64,000 nucleotides of DNA from Mizuhopecten yessoensis (Eukaryota), in assembly GCF_002113885.1 (NCBI RefSeq), contig NW_018408896.1, positions 124,001 to 188,000 of the forward strand. The letters run 5' to 3'. Below the pieces are notes generated by a model that saw only the letters and a program-made list of their open reading frames with translations, did no database searches and had not been told where the DNA came from. Both the position numbers and the translations under genes were made by a program. Each line of letters opens with the position of its first letter. Positions within the stretch are counted from its first letter, which is position 1. Shown one piece after another: positions 41,201 through 53,300 of the stretch.

Positions 41201-43797
41201 TATCTATTTATGTGCACTATGATGCTTTGACATTGAAACTTTAAAAATATCCTCATAAGAATGCACTCTTAAAAATATGGTGTAAAAAAAAAATGAAAAA
41301 ATTTGAAAATTTAAGTTTTTGATAATTTGACCCCTGTGACCTTGAATGATGGTCAAGGTCAACGATATCCGAAAAATATTGTAGTCAATGATACATGCTA
41401 TGTATGTGCCAAATATCAACTCTCTAGGCCTTAAGAATACGGAGAAGAGATTTAAGTGGGGTTTTTTTTAATATGAATTTTGGCGGGAAAATGAACATTT
41501 TTCAAAGTCGCATATCTTCGTTATTTTTTATGCTATGACTTTGAAACGTTCAACATACCATCCTTAGATCGTACTCTTTTAGTTATGAAAAAAAATACTA
41601 TTTTTGAGATTTTCATTTTTGACCTATATATGACCCCATATCGAGGCCTTGAACTTGACATATTCTCTGATAACATGTCACGGTAAAAAGTTAGCCCCGA
41701 CCAAGCATAATTTAATAGATTTTTTTCTAACTAAAAGGTGCGCGAAAAAAAGATACCTGTAACTGAGCAAGATAGGGTTATCGCAGTCCCAGGCTAAGAA
41801 TATGTAACATTCCAACCTCGGCTTGCGTCTCGGTTGGGATTATGTTACAGAGTCTTAGCCCTCGACTGCGACAACCCGATTTCGCTCAGTTACAAGTAAA
41901 ATATTTTATTAATCTCTTTTCAGATATAATTGTAACAAGAGAGGGCTAAGGTGTAAGAGGTAGCCGCGCTTCTTAGTTTGATAGGATGTCAGGGGTTATA
42001 GCGACTGATGATAGGAAGTAGTTCAGGGGTCATAGTGACTGGTGCTTAGAGGCCAGCGGTTATAGCGACTGAAGATAGGGAGTAGTTCAGGGGACATAGT
42101 GACTGGTGCTTGGAGGTCAGCGGGATTTGAATTTGACATATTCTCGGATAACATGTCATGGAAAAAAGTAAGCCCCGACCAAGATCTACCAGAAGTATGA
42201 AGCGGTCAAGCAGTACACCGAAAGCTTTCGAAGTTATGGTCGTTCAAAAAACGTTTTAAAAAACTCTATTTATAGACCTGTGACCTTGACCTTTGACATT
42301 ATGATCATGAATTTGTTCGCATATCATGTGTTCGTTGTTCTCTAATACATACTGCAATATGAACCTTATATCTTTATTCGTTCATGAGATAGAGTGTCCA
42401 CAAGATATCTGGAAATAAGAATAAGAAACTTAAAGAAACAGAACAATATCAAAAGGTTTTTCCATCCGAAATGGAAATCCCTAATTATGTGTTTACTATT
42501 TTGTTTTTGCGGATGAGTTAATAATAATTCACCATTTCATGAGGTTGCTACACACACAGAAACAGCATTATCAAACTCTGAACCAATACACGTCTAATCT
42601 TACTCTTAACCAGTGCTGCTATCAAAGTTAATTATGACTGCCTTGCAAAGGGTAGTAACTCTAGAACGAAACATTTCTTTAATGGCTTTATCTTCTGTAC
42701 ATAAGTGATTATACTCCCAGCTGTGAAGTGGTAATATTATATGCGGAAACATCTGCATTGTTACCCGAGCCCTAACGCCAATTAGAAGAAATTATACATG
42801 AAAATAACCAAACAATATCCAAGAGATCCAATCTTCAATAGCAATGCCAGTTAGGCTGCATATTTCAGGTAAATGTAAAAGGTACATATTGAGGCTGTCG
42901 AATTTGCTCCAAATCACGGACTTACAAATTCGCGCTATAATGATCCTTGAGTTTAAAGTGTGTAGTTAAGTCACATAATGTTTTACGGTAAGACCTGATA
43001 TTTTAAAAGACTTTAAAGCTTGTAAAATTAAACTAAACTGTCGCACCTGTATCGTCATACTGACAACAACGACAATATCTATAATACTGAAACCAATTTA
43101 GTCTTCTCAACGAAGGAGAGTACGCTTTACTTATTGACATTATGCCAATTTTTAATTACAGCTTTTTGACTTTGAACTGACGGATGATGAAATGAAAGCC
43201 ATACACGGGATGAATCGGGATGTCCGATGTTGTACGAACTCTGAGTATGACCCTTTTTTTAAACTTAAATCATTTGGTAACAGTTAATATTCACATCCTA
43301 GTATAGCATAGAATTATTCACTGATAATACTGTCTTTATGTATAAATCAGTTCTTTTCGATTAATGTCCTATTCTATTTCTGGAGGTTGGTGACTCGCAT
43401 TTCTTTACCGTGATATTTGCAATATGTCACGGTTTTAGTACTGGATAGCACTTTCACGTTCTTACCGATTGCTTTAATTTTCACGTTAGACTTCATCTGA
43501 CCATTATCTCATGTTGTCCATGTCTTGTTGATTTCTGTTTCAAGCCTTGATTTAACAAACTATCCATTTGTATTGTTAAGTAATACAAAGTTGGTGTGTT
43601 GTCGGAATGTTAATATTAGTCAGGTTTCTGATTTTTCAAATATAAATATAATTTTATTTACAACAATGGTGAATTCCAAAGGGTAGTTCTGCTACTATGT
43701 TTTATATATTTTATACTTTTCACGAACTGTACTTTACTTTTGGTTTATTTTCAGTGCCACACATAGTCCTTACTATCCTTTCCATGAGGAGTTTTAA
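35264..43797 (+). CDS. AKR1B1-like: Aldo-keto reductase family 1 (aldose reductase-like), gene 4, 10 exons, 317 aa
   Basis: Exons 35264-35335, 35893-36060, 37315-37431, 38271-38348, 38622-38741, 38901-39007, 39293-39374, 40262-40345, 43162-43244, 43755-43797. All GT-AG, 954 nt in frame. Tetrad intact. Confidence 0.93.
37533..37613. repeat. 27-bp tandem repeat x3
   Basis: CCATTCATGCATGTCTAATATAGCTAA at 37533, 37560 and 37587. Confidence 0.9.
39451..39711 (-). mobile_element. 261-bp retroposed insertion with a 15-bp TSD in gene 4 intron 7
   Basis: AAAATATGTACACTT at 39436-39450 and 39712-39726. Minus-strand ATTAAA, (TA)n and oligo-A tail. Empty site in gene 3 intron 7 (~29116). Confidence 0.8.
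40659..42485 (+). mobile_element. Non-autonomous Helentron-like (HINE/DINE-type) composite insertion in gene 4 intron 8
   Basis: Starts AACAAGA; contains TGACCTTGACCTTTGAC motifs and internal tandem repeats; AAGAAT-rich tract, then a 3' hairpin GGTTTTTCCAT-CCGAA-ATGGAAATCC (42455-42480). Absent from the paralogous intron of gene 3. Confidence 0.6.
41754..41898. repeat. 145-bp imperfect palindrome inside the Helentron-like insertion
   Basis: TACCTGTAACTGAGC..TCGCAGTC..GGCTAAGA..TGTAACA..CCAACC pairs with GGTTGG..TGTTACA..TCTTAGCC..GACTGCGA..GCTCAGTTACAAGTA. Confidence 0.85.
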
Positions 43798-45314
43798 GAA
43801 TGGACACCAATCATGACATTGAATTGAATGGTTGTTATTTTTGTTTACATTTCTCATATACTTCAATTCATGTTTGTTGATGAATGTTATTTAACATATT
43901 AACGATTAATTTATTGATCAGCTTTGTCTATTGGTTTGTTGTAGATACAAAGAAAATGTCAGGAATTACAGAAATCGATATATATATAAATATGTTTCTA
44001 TTGTGTTACTCTATTTATATATATATTAGAAAAGGCATAGAAGTCAAAACGAAAACACAAAAATATGAACTCAGCGCACGTCAAAACGAAAGAAAACACA
44101 CGATGCTCCCTCCAATCCACATACCCCTGTTATATTAGACCTGCTGTATCTCATGGTATGTTATTTTAAGAGGCGACTGATGTGTGATCCCCTACTTAAT
44201 CGGGGTTTTCTTTGGAAGTTTTGCTTTGGCGACAACAAGACACCATACAATGATCTGTTGGCCCCATCGTAACACTTGGGCTATACGTTGTTCTCTTATC
44301 ACTTCCCTCCTCTTCTTTCTGACGGTGTTCCTTAAGGCACCTGTCTTCACAGAACCATAGCAGTTGCGAGGGCGCTAAACCCAGGCAAACAAAGCAAAAT
44401 CTACAACCTGCAGTTCCTCAATGAAAGAACCACTACAAATAGCAAAACGAAATATAACATATAGCACACGTGTTGTCTCATTCGAAATGTAGGGATGTAT
44501 ACATGTCACAAACAATCCATGATTTAATGAAAGCGCTTTAATCGTTGGAATTTCTAAGTTTGAAGTGAGATAATAACAGCTGAAGTGTCCTTTCTTCAAC
44601 GTTTACTGAAGTGCCTCTTGTATTCACGCTGTAACTAAGAACTGTATTGTTCAATATCACATCATAATATTCAGAACAGACTCTGTAGTACCAAATCAAT
44701 TGCCTCATCTAAACTCTATTTGCTTTGAAGACTATATATGGTTATAATAATTAAACGGAAGTTCTTGGTCAGAAATGTATTATACATAAAATAAGTATAT
44801 TCTTGTATAAATATTTAATTAGATCGAGTACACGTGGGGTGCAGTATTATTACTCCGACTTATAAACTATTTACGATATGGCCATCTGTCAAAACATCCT
44901 TACCTCAATAACCACGTAAAGATAGTTTTGCAAAGGTTTCCTTTCACGATAAATAATTCACATCAATAAACTACTATGTTATATGTGTTGACAAAAGCTG
45001 CACGTTTTTTACGTGATAAAGGAAATGCATAATCCAAACAAATTGCTCCTTACTCATAAAAATAACATTTAGCAAATATTATGATACTTCAATTATATGT
45101 ATCTTCACAAGAAAACAATTCTTTAATTTCATCTTGAAAGTTTTACCTATAAAAACAGAAATACTTTACCTGAATATCACTAATCTAATACACGACACGA
45201 TGGGGCTGATTAAATTTGAAAGGACACTCAAAATCATGTTAGTACCGAAAGTCAAGTGAGACGACGTATTAGAGGGGGCGAGATCTTGTGAATTATTCTA
45301 CCACAACCATCGTC

Positions 45315-48077
45315 ATGGCTGCTATACCGGAACAGACGTTACTCAGTGGGTATAAGGTACATGTACCATGCGTTGGTCTGGGCACTTGGAATGTAGGTTG
45401 TCTACGGAAGGAATTTAAATGCACTTTCTTTGGATTGACAGTGTATCTTATAGAGTTAGATTTATCTATTATGTCTGTTTACATCTGATCGAATGGACTA
45501 TGCACTGGCTTGACTTCGGGTCTGAACAGGGTTAGTTCATGGAAATAATCAGCCAAAAGTTGTTATTACATCAGGTTAATCTAAGCCCTCTGATTTAAAC
45601 TTTATATATATTCATTATATGTCCACACATGTTTCTGTCTAAATTGTTTAAGTAATTGGTATGGGGTTTTTTTTCGCTGATATGATGCATATAGGAACAA
45701 AATTATATAAAGATATCCGCTAGATATTACGTGAAAATACTACATACCCGACAACACTGATACAAGTGTGTAATATGAAGGCTAGGAGCGTAAGATTTGC
45801 ACTGTCATTATTATTCAATTCCAACGTCGTAATCTGGTTGTGTTGTATGATTCAGCTTAAATAATATCGACTTTCCTCTATGGTTTTTTTTTAATACATA
45901 TGTAATTCTATATATATATGATCGTAAGGAAAGGTACATGTAGATAAAAGCGGTTTTGCTTGAATAATAAATCATCCAAAATTTAAATCACACAAATTTC
46001 TTCCTGGAACAAATCTTGTGAAATGACCCCGATCAACTTCAGGCGATATCCAATATCATACTTGACTTTCCTCTTCTTTATTATCCTTCATGATTAAACA
46101 TTTTTTTTACTGAGAAAGAATAGACATTCTATAGGCAAAGAATAGGCAATTTAAGGTAATAGGATGGTGTCAGCATTTCTCAGTAGAATTTCTTTAAATT
46201 TTGTAGTTATATTGCTTTGAAGCAAAGACAATTTTCTGCCACAAAAACATATAGGTTGTCAGAATTTTAAGAATTTTAAATAGAAATTTATGTAAAAAGG
46301 AGTGAATTTTGAAGAAAAAAATGAAAGACACAATTTTTTGCAAAATAATGTCAATAAAAATGATACTGACATAGATTAGTATTGCATTAATGTATATCAA
46401 TTTAATAAATGATGAAAATGTGTAAAATTAATTATCCAAACGATTAAAAATTGACATTTTTTGATAAAACCATATACATATAGTAACTGCATGTAAGAGT
46501 TATCTTTCTTGAAAAAACTTCACAGTAGTGAAATAGGTAGCCGGTTTCCTGAAGTATAGAAAAATGGACACATGTGACTCAATGATAAAAACAACTGAAT
46601 TAATACCTGGATTGCTTTGAAATACTTTAATATTAAACATTAGAATATGCGTAAATTGTGATACTGTCTCCCTACATTGGATTTTCAACTAGGGATGTAC
46701 TTCCTATATCCGTTTATCAATACATTCCTATGACCTTAACTAAAACGATTGTTTAATATATATGCTAACTGTAACTTTCAGATTATGTTTTATATTTCAA
46801 TAGACATTGTGCTACATAATCTTGATCATTTTATGTATACTTATTATGCTCTCCAACTTTAAGTCAAAGCCTGGAGAAGTAGGGGCAGCTGTGAGGACCG
46901 CGATAGGTCTGGGATACCGGCATTTTGATTGTGCGCTAGCATATGAAAATGAAAAGGAGATAGGGCAGGCAATTAAAGAAGTTATTGGTAACGAAACAGT
47001 CAAACGTAAGGATTTGTTTATCACTACAAAGGTATGTTTATCCTCTCTAGAACCGCTCGGTAATCTTTTGTTGATGATATAATTTATCAATATCATAATA
47101 TGTCAACTTCACTACAATTCCATGTTACAAAAACCTAGCCTTAAGTCAGATTGCATCACTTTCGTTATAATTTTTTCGAGGTTATGTAAATATATAATTT
47201 CTGACTTGTATTTCGGGAAATATTTATTTTGTTTTTGTACTTATTTCATTTCAATCATTATATTTGATCAACCCATCACAATCGCCTCTGACTTCGGGGA
47301 TCTGGATAAAATGTTGACATTACTTCTCTATTAACTTTCAAACAGCGATTACTTAATGCATTTGGGTTTCCTAAATCGTTTAATCACTTGAAATATTGAG
47401 TTATCACCTTATATTAAGACGGTCATTTTCATTCACATTAAAATTCAAACTATATGAAATGCTGATCAAGATAATGAAGAATTTTCTCTTTCTTTATTTC
47501 AAGTAAAATATGTTAACAATGATAATAGTATGTTAAATAAAGGGTGTCCCTCCCCCACATGTTCCAACATAATTCACATTAAAAAATGGCCCGAGTACTG
47601 GAGGGGTGTAAGGAGTCCCTGACTACGTAGACCTTAACCTAATACACTGGCCTATTGCTTTGAAGTTAAGATTTCATGGAACGATACATTGGTTGTAGGA
47701 TATTCTATCTTTGTATAGGACTATGCGTATGTTCATCGATTTAGTCATTAAAGTTGCATGTAAAATACAGCTATGTGTAACATTTGATATACTATTTCGA
47801 TTGAACACATAGTTAAACATAAGCTCATGGAACGTTTGTGTAGTATAAAACTGCACAATAAATAAACAAGCAGAAAACTCATTGTCAAAAATTGAAATGT
47901 CGGTTCACTGGTTAAAAGTCGAAAGAACAGAAGTGCATCTCATCTCAGTCCAAAAGAGGTACATTCCATAATTTCACCATAATATTCAATAACTTTCAGG
48001 GAAATGTTGCATTGTTTCCTACACATCGTGATGGCAAGGCTAATGTTGTCGATATAGACTTCATTGAAACATGGACA
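45315..48077 (+). pseudogene. Truncated AKR1 paralogue (gene 5): exons 1, 2 and 4 open, exon 3 destroyed, exons 5-10 absent
   Basis: Exon 1 45315-45392 (+6 nt) and exon 2 46864-47031. Exon 3 remnant ~47588-47665 lacks its acceptor and 5' end, has a 16-bp deletion, and its donor is GT->TT. Exon 4 48000-48077. The upstream block of gene 6 begins at ~49544. Confidence 0.88.
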
Positions 48078-50337
48078 GTTAGTATATCCCCTTGTTTTAT
48101 ACCTTTATACAAACAAACTTGGTATGTAAAGCCATACCTCATGAGGATTGATAGATAGATATTTTATTGGAAATCTATTTTCTCATTAATGGAAAACAAC
48201 ATGTACATATATCATACTGTGAAATTTTCTAAAAGGTTTTTATTAAAAAGGTACACACTTTTTAATAGCACAGTTATGTTAATGAGATATGTAACAAGAA
48301 AATGCAGAAAAGCTGCTGGACACCAAACCATTTTATGAAAATGACCTCCTGATAGTCCATCAACCACGTGGGAACGGATCCTGCATGCTTGAATCTGTTT
48401 CATTTATACAGTTTGTCAAAATTGCAGCGATTTTTGCAAATATTTCTTCTGTCAATATACCTTTTTGACTTTTTTGGATAAATATCAATCATCTTCTAGG
48501 TTAAAACGTTAATCGTAGCCCCGCCACTTTGAATAATAGTTATTGCTTCTCTAGACTACTGCAAAGACACGTTTTGCCACAACGCTGGATTTTTTGGTTG
48601 TTATCACATATTCGTTTTATACAAGTGAAATAAATATATCGAATTGAACGGGAAAACCATGACATTTTCTATTTCTTACTTTTTTTTTCATTTCACGCTG
48701 CGCAAATATTGCTTCACCAGAAAAGCGCGCGAATGTATAACGTAGTTTTTGACGCCAAGTTGTAATGACGTCACGCTTGACAACAGTTCAGGGCACCATT
48801 TTGAATGGGTTTTCACTGCAAATTTGCCGTTCGCTCATATTATTTGGTAATATTTCCGGATAGAATGATATTAATTGTGTTGTTATGTAAAAACAATTAT
48901 GTATGCTGCAAAGGTAGAAAACACAACCACTTATTCTGCCGTCACTTTATCTAAACTTGAAACTGGAAATCTACGCAGAGAATATAATGTACCGTTCAGT
49001 TTGGACAATACTAAAAGAGAAGTTTTTACTTTTGAAGATATAATATTTCGTTTATCTTCACTGCATTAAATATATGTTTATTATCAAATGGAAAATTCAA
49101 GATATTTGACTACTAAACTGTAATAAATACCGACACCGTGGGATTGATCATCATGTTTTTTGTAGACGGTATGCGGCCTCAATTTCCCAGAAGGCTTTCA
49201 CGCATTGGGAAGCAATGTACAGAGAGTGTTTTAACATTCATTGTAGAAACACATTGTTCATTAATATGTGTATAATCTTTGAATTTTATATAAATAACCA
49301 TAACATAAATAAGTGTCATGTAGTGATATTATTAATAAATTGTGCAATAATTAATCTAATCTTACATGTGACATTACAGTGTATTTCTTCTGTAAATTTA
49401 AAAATTGTCTGTTATAATATTTACTACTATTACAGTATGTTATTGTTATTTTATATACTTGTGTTTGTCGCAATAATAGCTCTCAGGAGCTAATGTTCCA
49501 TGTTGATATGTATGCGACTATAAATAAAGCTTCTTGTATCTCGAGTACCAAATCAATTATATCATCTTGACTCTATGATCTGTGAAGACTTAATATGGTG
49601 ATAATGATTTAAGAATAGCAAGCAGTCAACAATGTCTTTATCATCAAATAATTGATGTAAGCCTTTATCTCCTTGTATAAATACTTAATCGGATCGAGTA
49701 GACATGGGGTACAGTACCAGTACCCTGACTAATAAACTATTTACGATAAAGTCACCTGCCGACATATCCTAAACTAAATATAAACGTAAAGAATAGTTTT
49801 GCAAAAGGTTTATTTTCACGATATATAATACAAATAAATAAAAAAAACTACTATGCTATCTGTTGTTGTCAAAAGCTGCAAACTTTTAACATGATAAATA
49901 AAGGACATGCATGATTCATACAAAACGCTCCTCACTCATATATGAATTACATTTAGTAAATATTGTGATATAATTGTATATACATTTATCTTCACAAGGA
50001 AACAATATTAACTGCAATTTAACTATACTATAACTATATCTTGAAAGTATTACACTTAAAAGCAGAAATACTTTACCCGAATATCACCAACGATGACATT
50101 GCAAAGCTTGCGCACCTTACTTACACATTACACACCGGTATCCACGTCATATCTGGCGTACATATTGACATAATATTGTTCATATATACATCATATCAGC
50201 GAAAATTAAAACGTACCAAATGCTTAAGGGAAGTCTAAATTTGGTATGACACTCGTTATCATTCGTACCGAAGGTCAAGTCAGATCACATATTAGAGGGA
50301 GCGAGATCTTGTGAAATATTCTACCACAACCATCGTC

Positions 50338-53300
50338 ATGGCTGCTATACCGGAACAGACGTTACTCAGTGGGTATAAGGTACCATGCGTTGGTCTGGGC
50401 ACTTGGAAGGTAGGTTGTCAACGGAAGGATTTTTAATGTACGTTTTTTTTTATTGACATGTATTTAAGAGAGTGAGATTTATCTATTATTTCTGCTTACA
50501 TCTGATCGAATGGACTATGTACCGGCTCGACATCGGGTCTTAACAGGGGTAGTTCATGGAAATAATCAATTTTACAAGTTGCTATTACATCAATTAAATC
50601 TCAGCCATCTCACTTAAACTTTATATCTGTCTAAATTGTTTAAGTATTTGGTATGTTTTTTGTTTTCGCTGATATGATGTATATAGGAACAATATTATGT
50701 CAATATGCACACTAGATATTACGTGTAACCACTAGATACCAGTGTGCAATGTGTAAGTAAGGCGCGCAAGCTTTGCAATATCATTATTATTCAATACCAA
50801 CCTCTTGCTCTGGTTGTGTTGTATGATTCAGCTTAACTTATAGCCACTTTACTCTATTATTTTTTTAATACAGATGTAATACTATAGAGATTCGCATATG
50901 ATATACAATAACAGTTGTGTGTTAGGCTTGGTAGATAATAACGCTGTTGCTTGAATATTAAATCATCCGAAATTAAAATCAAACAAATTCCTACCAGGAA
51001 CAAAACTTTTTAGGCCTTGTACTTAATACTTTATGGGCGGGTTGGTCGAGTGATGAACACTCCGGCCTTCTACGCAGGCGGCCGGATTTCGATCCCCGAA
51101 GTCGTCGTGCGCATGTATATTCGGAGAAAGTGTTTTTCTCCTGTCCACATAACTTAAACAATTGCGGTATCTCTGCTGTAGCATTCAAGTGAGGTGGAAC
51201 TATAAATAATGACGTTGATAGCACGGCCCCCTACAAACAGAACACATTACTCTAGCACACACGCAGGCATACACACAAAGGGATATATTAGCCAGGTGGC
51301 ATAGGACTAGGCAACTCCTGCGGATTTCTCAACATTTTATAGATTAATGTATTTGCTAATTGTATAAATTGTATATCTATGTACTGTAAAGCGCTTTAGA
51401 GTGGCTTATGTTAGCTAGATAGGGCGCTTTATCGAATGTTTTATATTATTATTATTATACAATACCGTACTTGAGTTTCTTCTTCTAAATAATCCTTCAA
51501 GATAAAATCATCTTTTTTTCTGTGTATATAGAATATCATAATACATGTTTGTCAATAATCATTGTACCATATAATCTCGAACATCCTAACTAACATCCCA
51601 ACTTTCAGTCAAAGCCTGGAGAAGTAGGGGCAGCTGTGACGACCGCGATAGGTCTGGGATACCGCCATTTTGATTGTGCGCTTATCTATGGAAATGAAAA
51701 GGAGATCGGAGAGGCAATTAAAGAAGCTATTGGTAACGGAACAGTCAAACGTGAGGATTTGTTCATCACTACGAAGGTATGTTAATCCTCTCTAAAACCG
51801 CCCGGTTAACCTCTATTGATAATAGGATCAATATCACAGGATGTCGACTTTAAACTCTACTACATTTTCAGATTTCATCACCATTTTCGTTTTAATCATT
51901 TCAAAGTTATGTCAAGAAATCTTTTCTGTATTGTACTTCGTGTAACATTTTTCTGCTGGTTTCGTATGAATTTAATTTCAAACATTATATTTGATCAACA
52001 CTCCACAAAATAGGATGGTGTCCAAGCTCTATAAGTATATTCTGTTTTTCTTTCTTTGTTTTTATAAAATCTGTTAACGGTGATAATGACATTTCCAATA
52101 AGGGGTTCCCCTTTCCCCCACAATAAAAAATAAAACACGATTTTCAGCTTTGGAACACCTACCACAGCAAGGCCCGAGTACTGGAGGGGTGTAAGGAGTC
52201 CCTGACAAACCTCGGTCTGGATTACATTGATATGTACCTCATACACTGGCCAGTTGCTACGAGGGTAAGACTTAACGAGTTACCCAAATGAAGCGGTACA
52301 TTTGTTGCACACTGTTCTTTATCTTGGTAATTATCGATTTAAAAGGGCATCATCTTTTAATACAGTTATGTGTAACAGCTGATATACTGTATTGATTAAA
52401 CCCGTAGTTAAATATAAGCACAGTGTACGTTTCTTGTAGTATTTATTTATCCATAAATTCTTAAATAAACAAGCAGAACGCACATTTTCAAAACTGAACA
52501 GTCGAAAACGCGAGCTTACGTCTTATTTCAGCCACAAATAAACCAATTTCATCATAACATTTAAAATCTTTCAGGAAAATGTTGCATTGTTTCCTAAAAG
52601 TCCTGATGGCAAGGCTGATGTTGTCGACATAGACTTCATTGAAACATGGACGGTAAGTATATATCCTTGTTTTATTATGCATTTCTACAAACAAACTCGC
52701 ATGTAAATACCGAATTAGGAATGGTAGTAGATATATTTTGGAAATCTATTTTCACGTTAATTTAAGACAACATGTATACACATGTTACCTAGGCAATTTT
52801 TCTTAGGGTTTTTAATTACGTTGATTCCGTGGGTCATTTTCTTTTACGAATCCTTAGGTTCACAGTGGAATAACAAGTCTGATATAAAGCAGCTAACTGT
52901 TTGAGTGGGTGCTCGTAATCCACGAATTCATGCACCCACAAAAGTGTGTTTTGTCGGGAAACCACCAAAGTTTGGTCACACGTAAATATCTAATATCATA
53001 GTATTTTACTGTCAAGTTATTGAATGTGAGTTTACAACATCTGTGAAAATTGATAATACAACCTCGTAACACAGACTGTTTGCATAGTAGTAACGTTATC
53101 AAATAATTGGAAAACGTAGATAAAGAAGATAATATTACGAAAGGGGAACAACGGGGAACAAAGTTGTTAGACAAGTTGGCATAGCAAATAAACGGGGTGG
53201 CAAATGTACACATTTCAGTAATTACCTTTCTTTTGCTGGGAAATAAATACAGTTAATAACGAAAAACCTTTGCGTTTGGAAGAACTCTGCATAATCATGG

